Shown here in pieces: positions 58,141-64,000 of a stretch of DNA of 64,000 nucleotides. Each line of letters begins with the position of its first letter. Position 1 is the first letter of the stretch. The translations under genes and the position numbers were made by a program. The notes beneath the pieces are model-generated. The model searched no databases. It saw nothing but the letters and a program-made list of their open reading frames with translations, and was not told where the DNA came from. Source of the DNA: an uncultured Phycisphaera sp. (GTDB lineage: Bacteria; Planctomycetota; Phycisphaerae; UBA1845); assembly GCA_964486335.1 (NCBI GenBank), contig CAZAMB010000019.1:7377-71376 (forward strand). Direction: 5' to 3'.

Positions 58141-58190
58141 ACCAATCAGTCGAACACGCAATCTTCGCCGCCTGGCGAACAGGACTTGGC

Positions 58191-59003
58191 ATGACTGTTT
58201 CTTTCGCGGTCGATCAGCATGAACCCGAAGCCGTATCCCGAAACTGGGACCGGTTGTGGCGACACGCGCCCACCATCGAGCGCGACGATGAATTGCTGGA
58301 TCGCGAGCGCCGATCGCCGCGCTGGCGGGCGATTCACCAGCGCCTGACGTCCCGATTTGGATCAATTCGAGGGCTCAAAACGATTGAATTGGGCAGCGGC
58401 CGGGGCGACTGGTCGGTTTTGCTTGCCGAATCCGGTGCCGACGTGACCCTGCTGGATACGAGTGAATTGGCGCTCGATCAGGCTCGACTTCGATTCGAAC
58501 GACTCAGATTACCCGCTCAATACATCCATGGCGACTTGTTTGCCCCTCCAATCGAGTGCCTAGGCGCTTTTGATGTCGTGCTTTCCTCGGGTGTGATCGA
58601 ACATTTTCTGCGTGAATCACGCACCGAGGCGCTCCGCGCGCATCTCCGGACATTGAATCACCGCGGTACTGCGGTCATCAGCGTTCCCAATTCGTGGTGT
58701 CCGTCCTATCGTCTGTGGAAACTGTATTTGGAGCTTCGCGATTGGTGGCCTTACGGCGTTGAGATTCCCTTCAGCCGACCGGAATTCGTCCAGCGCGGTC
58801 AATGGGCCGGTTTCCGAGAAATCGACGTATGCGGCTTCGGTCTTTGGCATTCCGTGGGTGTTCACATTTGCCACGGCCTGTTTGGCCGTCGGCGCGACTG
58901 GAGTGAGCGCACTTCGCGGCTGGACCGCCTCATGGGCGCATCGCTCGTTTTCTTCGGCCAGAGAGGCGATCTGCGTACAAAGACTACGGCGACGAGTCCA
59001 TGA
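58191..59003 (+). CDS. Class I SAM-dependent methyltransferase
   Basis: Motif I IELGSGRGDWSVLLAESGADVTLLDTS. Motif II region FDVVLSSGVIEHF. The start is set at the ATG at 58191. Confidence 0.8.
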   Translation: MTVSFAVDQHEPEAVSRNWDRLWRHAPTIERDDELLDRERRSPRWRAIHQRLTSRFGSIRGLKTIELGSGRGDWSVLLAESGADVTLLDTSELALDQARLRFERLRLPAQYIHGDLFAPPIECLGAFDVVLSSGVIEHFLRESRTEALRAHLRTLNHRGTAVISVPNSWCPSYRLWKLYLELRDWWPYGVEIPFSRPEFVQRGQWAGFREIDVCGFGLWHSVGVHICHGLFGRRRDWSERTSRLDRLMGASLVFFGQRGDLRTKTTATSP

Positions 59004-60724
59004 AAAACGACTCGAATGTCAATTCGCATGTCGGAAAGCTGCTTTTGAGAGCCGACGGCAAGATGCTACCTGCCCGAACCAGGCCTATTGTGCGTATCGC
59101 GACTGTAGTTGCGCTGATGGCTGGTGCTTTTGAAGTCTTCGTCTGGTCGGCAAGTCGAGCCTGGGTCACACCGGATTCCACGGCGTACATCAGTCTCGCG
59201 ATCGGTCTTGCGGAGCGGTTCGACTGGTCGCAGGAGTTGTTTGCTTTCCGATTGCCCGGATACCCGGCGCTTCTGGCGGTCCTGTTCCGATTCTTCGGTC
59301 CGGACAGTCCCATGATCATTCTGGCCGTTCAGCATGCGATGGTCGCTGGTTGTGCCGTGTTGAGCGTCGCGATTGCCTGGACCTTGCGACCAAACAGGTT
59401 GTTTTGCTCAATAGTCGGCGTGCTGAGCGTCGCGAGTCTGCACTTAAGCGGCTATGCCAATGCGATTCTCACCGAAACGCTCTACACCGTTCTGTTGACG
59501 CTTTGCATGTTTCTGTTGGTTCGACACGTGGTTCATGGACGATTTGTGACGCTTGTAAGCGCGTCCGTTATCGCATCCGGTGCGGTCTTGACAAAGGACG
59601 TAGGTCAGCTGTTGATTCCTGCGTGCGCGGCGGCGGGAATGATGCGCGCATGGTCGAATCCGACGAAGAATCCGAATGTCGCAATGAACAATGCTCCAAG
59701 CACCGTCGTGACACGCATCAGGCGTGCCCTCGCGTCGCTTCCGATTTCAATCCTCCCTGCGATCATTCTGCTACTGCCCTGGCTGGCCAATAACTACCAA
59801 ACGTTTGGAAAAGCGCAGCTTACGGCCAATGGAGGCATGATGCTCTACCTGCGCGCCGGCTGCCTGGAAGGCCTCGACTCACCGAGTAGCCCGGCGGTCG
59901 CTGAAATTCGCGCAGCCGTGGCGCGGGCCAAAACCAAAGGACAGCTTGAAGCATCGGCCACGCAACACGATTATCTCAGCGCCGTTCGCGCGTGCCTGAC
60001 TGAATACGAACCCAATGCGGCACTCTTCGCGTCTCGCGCAATGAACGAGGTCTCCGCGTTGTTCCATCGCGCCGGGATGGATCTCATTCGCGAACATCCG
60101 TGGCGCGTGGCGAAGGGTACGATCGTCGACGCCTACCGCATGGTCATGGTGCCGGACAATGCCCATCGAATGTTGCCCGGAGCGCCAACGATTTCCGGTC
60201 GAATGGATCCGAACGCTTTGACGTACGGAGTAGATACTTACGCCGCATCGGTCCTCGTGCGAGTCGGCGGCAACGTAAACAACTATGTATCATTCTCCAA
60301 CGAACCAACATCCACGACCCCCGCGCTGTCGTCCATCGTCGAATGGTATCATCACCGAATCGAACGCGGAGCGCCACTTCTTGGACTGGTCGATAGTCCT
60401 TATGAAGAATTGGCGCTCCTATGGGTGCTGGGCGCCGGATGTTCCCTGGCGCTTCCATGGCGAACCGCGTGGTTCCTGATTCATCTGGTCATCGCCGGGC
60501 ACGTCCTGGGCGCAGCCTTCTGCGGCGGAGTGCAGCCTCGTTACGCCGTTCCGCTTCAACCGTTAACACATGTACTGAGCGCCGTTCCAATAGCCATGGG
60601 CGTCTCCGGCCTCGCGTCGGCGTATTGCCGCATGCGAACGTATGTGTTGGCAAGCCGCGATGCCGCGACGAAACGGAGCCTGGTTGGGTTCAAACTCCCG
60701 ACAGCAGATGCGCCGCTTGACTGA
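59000..60724 (+). CDS. Polytopic membrane protein, GT-C fold glycosyltransferase-like (ArnT/PMT family-like)
   Basis: First-loop TPDSTAY followed by FRLPGYPALLAVLF, as in ArnT/PMT_2-type enzymes. About 10 or more hydrophobic helices. The start overlaps the methyltransferase stop (ATGA). Confidence 0.55.
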   Translation: MKNDSNVNSHVGKLLLRADGKMLPARTRPIVRIATVVALMAGAFEVFVWSASRAWVTPDSTAYISLAIGLAERFDWSQELFAFRLPGYPALLAVLFRFFGPDSPMIILAVQHAMVAGCAVLSVAIAWTLRPNRLFCSIVGVLSVASLHLSGYANAILTETLYTVLLTLCMFLLVRHVVHGRFVTLVSASVIASGAVLTKDVGQLLIPACAAAGMMRAWSNPTKNPNVAMNNAPSTVVTRIRRALASLPISILPAIILLLPWLANNYQTFGKAQLTANGGMMLYLRAGCLEGLDSPSSPAVAEIRAAVARAKTKGQLEASATQHDYLSAVRACLTEYEPNAALFASRAMNEVSALFHRAGMDLIREHPWRVAKGTIVDAYRMVMVPDNAHRMLPGAPTISGRMDPNALTYGVDTYAASVLVRVGGNVNNYVSFSNEPTSTTPALSSIVEWYHHRIERGAPLLGLVDSPYEELALLWVLGAGCSLALPWRTAWFLIHLVIAGHVLGAAFCGGVQPRYAVPLQPLTHVLSAVPIAMGVSGLASAYCRMRTYVLASRDAATKRSLVGFKLPTADAPLD

Positions 60725-60763
60725 CCGGACGTTGATGCCGCGAACGCAAGGAGAATCCATCAG

Positions 60764-61951
60764 GTGATGACCCGGCCATTGCACGTGTTGATCGATGGTC
60801 GAATGCTGCTGGGTCGCTTTTCGGGCGTCGCTCGCATGGTGACCCGACTTGTCGAATCGCTAGCCGCCATGGATGACCTGCGCGTCGGCGTGCTTTGCGG
60901 CAATGAACTGTTCACTCCGTGGGCAAACCGTTTTGAAATCGAAGTGTACACAACGGATTTTTCACGCCACGATCGCACCCCGGTTCGAAGGTTGATTTGG
61001 GAGGAAACGCGACTGCGACGCTGGATTCGGCACATTGCTCCGGATATTTACCATGCCACATGGAACCAGGGCGTCCCCGGCCGTTGCCCCGTCCCAAGTG
61101 TTCTGACGATCCACGACCTGATCCCCTGGGATGAACCGGCCTCGAAGCTCGGCGGCATGGTAAACAAGTGGAGCTACCGGCTCGCCGTGCGCCGCTCAGC
61201 GCTTCGAGCATCGGCAGTTGTGGCGGTCAGTGAATTTTCACGTGGTTGCGTTCAGGAAAAACTCCGTTTAGGGTCATCGGTCGTTTCGGTGGTTCGCAAC
61301 GGAGTCGATGATTCCATCCGGCGAGGCCGTGGCGATGCCCGTTCGCAGCCCCCCTATGTCCTCTATGTCGGCGGCCACGAGGACCGCAAGAACCTCGAAA
61401 CCGCTTTCAGGGCGATGGCAGTGTACTGGTCACAATTCGATCCATCGGTTGAGTTTCGTCTTACCGGACGACCGGAGTCGCTAACGCCGCGCGCCGCACA
61501 GGCCTTTCGCGAAATCGGCCATCCGAATCTCGTTCGATTCCTCGGGTCACCGAACGACATTGAACTGGCTGACCAATACTCCAACGCCGCCGCCGTCCTG
61601 CTCTTGTCGCGGGCCGAAGGGTTTGGATTGCCCGCCTTGGAGGCCATGGCTCATGGCGTGCCGGTGATTGCCGCACGGGCGGGCGCATTGCCGGAAGTCG
61701 TCGGACAGGCCGGGTTGCTCGTCGATCCCGGTGATGCGATCGGCGCGGCCAATGCCCTTCGCTCCGTTATGGCCAATGCCGATTTTTCAGCGCGGCTAAC
61801 GCTCGCGGGAGCGGAGCGAGCGAAGGTTTTTACCTGGCGACGCGCTGCGGAAGCCTATAGCACGCTTTACCAATCGGTCTTGGCTCAGGCCGACGAGCTT
61901 CAAACCCACACCCCCAATCTTTCCGATGCCGCCGGTTTTCCGGCGCCGTAA
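60764..61951 (+). CDS. GT4 (GT-B fold) glycosyltransferase
   Basis: AEGFGLPALEAMAHGVPVIAARAGALPEVVG (EX7E region). N-terminal LHVLIDGRML. Confidence 0.88.
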   Translation: MMTRPLHVLIDGRMLLGRFSGVARMVTRLVESLAAMDDLRVGVLCGNELFTPWANRFEIEVYTTDFSRHDRTPVRRLIWEETRLRRWIRHIAPDIYHATWNQGVPGRCPVPSVLTIHDLIPWDEPASKLGGMVNKWSYRLAVRRSALRASAVVAVSEFSRGCVQEKLRLGSSVVSVVRNGVDDSIRRGRGDARSQPPYVLYVGGHEDRKNLETAFRAMAVYWSQFDPSVEFRLTGRPESLTPRAAQAFREIGHPNLVRFLGSPNDIELADQYSNAAAVLLLSRAEGFGLPALEAMAHGVPVIAARAGALPEVVGQAGLLVDPGDAIGAANALRSVMANADFSARLTLAGAERAKVFTWRRAAEAYSTLYQSVLAQADELQTHTPNLSDAAGFPAP

Positions 61952-62259
61952 GCGGTCCACCGGGGCCGTGATATTTTCGGCGGACGGCGCGCGTCCTCCA
62001 TCCGAACCCCAAGCGCCAGCGCGGGGTGGGCGCACTGCATCAACAGGGGTGCTGCCAACAGTCGCCCGTAACGCGATTGCCGCGCCAGGAACCGCCCGTC
62101 GTTTGCGCTCCGGGTTCGGAATGTTCTTCGCCGGAACCGTCACGCACGCCGGTCCACCGTTTCGACATCGCCCGACTCGACAAATGCCGTCCCTGCCGCC
62201 ATACTGGTCGATTTCGGCATCCGAAGTGCCGGCAATGAAAGGATAGCCTGACCATCACC

Positions 62260-64000
62260 ATGCAACCTGATTCACTTGTGAAACTCGTCGGCAGCGGAAA
62301 CACGGACAAAGTCGAGGAAGAATGGCTGGCGCTGGCGGAAGCGGCGGACATGGCGCCGTCGCGGCTGTCGTCCTATTCTGTCGTCCTTGCCGAGCTGACG
62401 CGACGCGGAAAGAATCCGGTGGCGGAAGCCATGGCAGCCATGGCTATTGACGTTGTCGCGGAACGGTACTCCGCGCATGACCTGTTATCCGTCGCCGGTA
62501 CGTTTTTGCAGGCCGTCGGCGAAAGTGCGGACCTTCGCTCGCGCGTTGAAAAAATGTACCGAAAAAGTTTTTCGAACCGGGAGGGACTGGATGTTCTTCT
62601 TCAGGAATCCGGATTGGGAGGCGGGCGACCGGTTCGGCGGGCATTGCGGACCCTTGATGTTTGTCTGAAGTTGAGTGCAGGCGACTATCTCGCGGCGCGC
62701 GACGAGGAGGCGGCGGCATCCGTCAAGAGCATCGATCCGTCGACCTGGCGTATAGTCATTGATCTTGGCGATTCTGAAGAGGAACTTGGCGCGGTCGAAC
62801 TGGCTGACCGGTTTGAGCGCGTTTCTCCCAACAACTTCAAAGTCCTCAATAACCTTCATCCGCAACGTCTCTCAAAAGTCCTGAACGAGAATCCGATCGA
62901 TGTCATCATTGATCTTTGCCAGCGCCACGGCGGTTCTTACGATTCCACGCGACTGGAGTCCCTGCTCGTGCCGGGCGTGTTTTCAGAAAGCGAGTGGGAA
63001 AAGTGGTGGTCCAAGTCACGAACGGCCATTCGCAAGTGCAAGAACATCAAAATGGAAGGCCGGTCGCCTTACTACCTGACTTATCTTGAAGACGCCCCCG
63101 ACGGAAGCGACGCCTTTGTCGCGACGTTCAGCCGGACTCGCCAGCCGTTGGCCCAGTTGGCGGTCGTTGAAAAGTACTTGCGAGATTGTAAAAGCCAGGG
63201 CGAGACCGTCTCGGCCGTCGCATTGAAACGGTGTTTCGATTCGTATCTCGAGCGGGCGAAGAATGAAGGCCAGCGCAATTCGACTCCGCCGGCGGTTCTT
63301 TGGTCGGTATCAGCGAAAATCGCGCAACTGGCCGGAGAGTCCGATGGAAAGCTCCCTCTCATTGATTTGTTAAAATCGGCTTCGGAACCCCACGGGCTGT
63401 TGAAGGAGGTCCAGGATGACGAACTCGCCCGGTTGGCTTGCGAAGCGCTGATCGAGGCCAGGCCTTCGGATTGGTCGACTTACCTCTTGATGGCGTTTCC
63501 ATATCTCCCTGCCGGGGCGTGCGATCAGGCGGCATCGCGACTACTCGATGCGGGCCGATCGCGCGACGACATCGAATCCGCCATTCAGCAGGCGCTCGCC
63601 TCTCCGGTGGAATGTCTTGAACTGTTGCTATGGCTCTGGAACGGACCCGAGCGCGCGGAATTGGCCACGTCAGCCCAACCCGTCACGGTGCTTTCGCGCA
63701 TACTCAGGGCGCTGGACGAGTGTCGACGCAATGAACGAATCCCAAAGGAAACCGCCAAGACGCATAGCGCACGTGCGCGGAGCGTCTTGTCGGCTCGGCG
63801 CTACGAGCGGTTTCTCGCTTGCCTGGAGAGCATGGATCGCGGCATGGCCCACGCCCTGCGCGTCCAAATCAACCAGTTGGAAAACCTCGGCAACGCCGTT
63901 CGCGATGACCTACTGGGCCATTTGAGCGCGACGTTCCCCACTCGCGACACACAAGCCGCGATTCCACCCTGGAAACTGAAAGACACGCTGTTTGTGACCC
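62260..64000 (+). CDS. Large helical hypothetical protein, 3'-truncated by window edge (absent from the ORF track)
   Basis: My own translation from the ATG at 62260 (in-frame TGA at 62236-62238 upstream) gives 580 codons with no stop up to nt 64000. Third codon positions are GC-rich. The sequence begins MQPDSLVKLVGSGNTDKVEEEWLALAEAADM and ends PPWKLKDTLFVT. Confidence 0.7.
   Translation, partial: MQPDSLVKLVGSGNTDKVEEEWLALAEAADMAPSRLSSYSVVLAELTRRGKNPVAEAMAAMAIDVVAERYSAHDLLSVAGTFLQAVGESADLRSRVEKMYRKSFSNREGLDVLLQESGLGGGRPVRRALRTLDVCLKLSAGDYLAARDEEAAASVKSIDPSTWRIVIDLGDSEEELGAVELADRFERVSPNNFKVLNNLHPQRLSKVLNENPIDVIIDLCQRHGGSYDSTRLESLLVPGVFSESEWEKWWSKSRTAIRKCKNIKMEGRSPYYLTYLEDAPDGSDAFVATFSRTRQPLAQLAVVEKYLRDCKSQGETVSAVALKRCFDSYLERAKNEGQRNSTPPAVLWSVSAKIAQLAGESDGKLPLIDLLKSASEPHGLLKEVQDDELARLACEALIEARPSDWSTYLLMAFPYLPAGACDQAASRLLDAGRSRDDIESAIQQALASPVECLELLLWLWNGPERAELATSAQPVTVLSRILRALDECRRNERIPKETAKTHSARARSVLSARRYERFLACLESMDRGMAHALRVQINQLENLGNAVRDDLLGHLSATFPTRDTQAAIPPWKLKDTLFVT

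Noticed and set aside
61952-62259. ORFs 61926-62246 (+) and 61796-62143 (-) in the gap after the last GT4 gene.
   Set aside because: Their translations are Pro/Arg/Gly/Ala-rich without motifs. They overlap each other on opposite strands and are too GC-biased in all codon positions to suggest real coding.
1-64000. Scan for CRISPR arrays, tandem repeats, IS elements, integrases, prophage genes and tRNA/rRNA genes in all intergenic gaps.
   Set aside because: I found no regularly spaced direct repeats, no transposase or integrase-like translations, no cloverleaf-compatible sequences in any gap longer than 100 nt, and no rRNA-like stretches. The scan was by eye only, so tRNAscan-SE, Infernal and ISEScan should confirm it.

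Overview
GC-rich chromosomal window whose gene content points to Planctomycetota: a prepilin-leader DUF1559 protein with an H-X9-DG end, an S46 peptidase starting ADEGMWLF, an isolated mraY, and many long antisense shadow ORFs. Most of it is housekeeping. This includes dnaG-rpoD, split transhydrogenase pntAA/pntAB/pntB, rph, tsaE, thiL, rnr, mraY, sppA, pdxA, ribE, an OprB-type porin followed by pstSCAB-phoU, and corA. I found no rRNA, tRNA, CRISPR array, transposase or integrase. The accessory content is as follows. (1) A roughly 9.7 kb ABC-transporter-dependent glycan cluster (wzm, wzt with a C-terminal extension, four GT-A/GT-B glycosyltransferases, a SAM methyltransferase and a GT-C-like membrane enzyme). 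(2) An orphan ketosynthase-ACP-SDR reductase module preceded by a 583-nt structured spacer. (3) A protein with a textbook eukaryote-type C2H2 zinc finger joined to a winged-helix-like tail. (4) A PQQ-type propeller fused to an esterase-like domain with no GxSxG. (5) A membrane polyferredoxin-TPR fusion divergent from a PEP/pyruvate-binding protein that has no visible swivel-His motif. (6) An ECF sigma factor with an unusual anti-sigma candidate. (7) A coiled-coil/BRCT-like protein where rpsU normally precedes dnaG. A long CDS running off the 3' window edge (62260 onward) is missing from the ORF track. All calls rest on motifs read in the translations and on gene order. No database search or computation was run, so the novelty claims are hypotheses.
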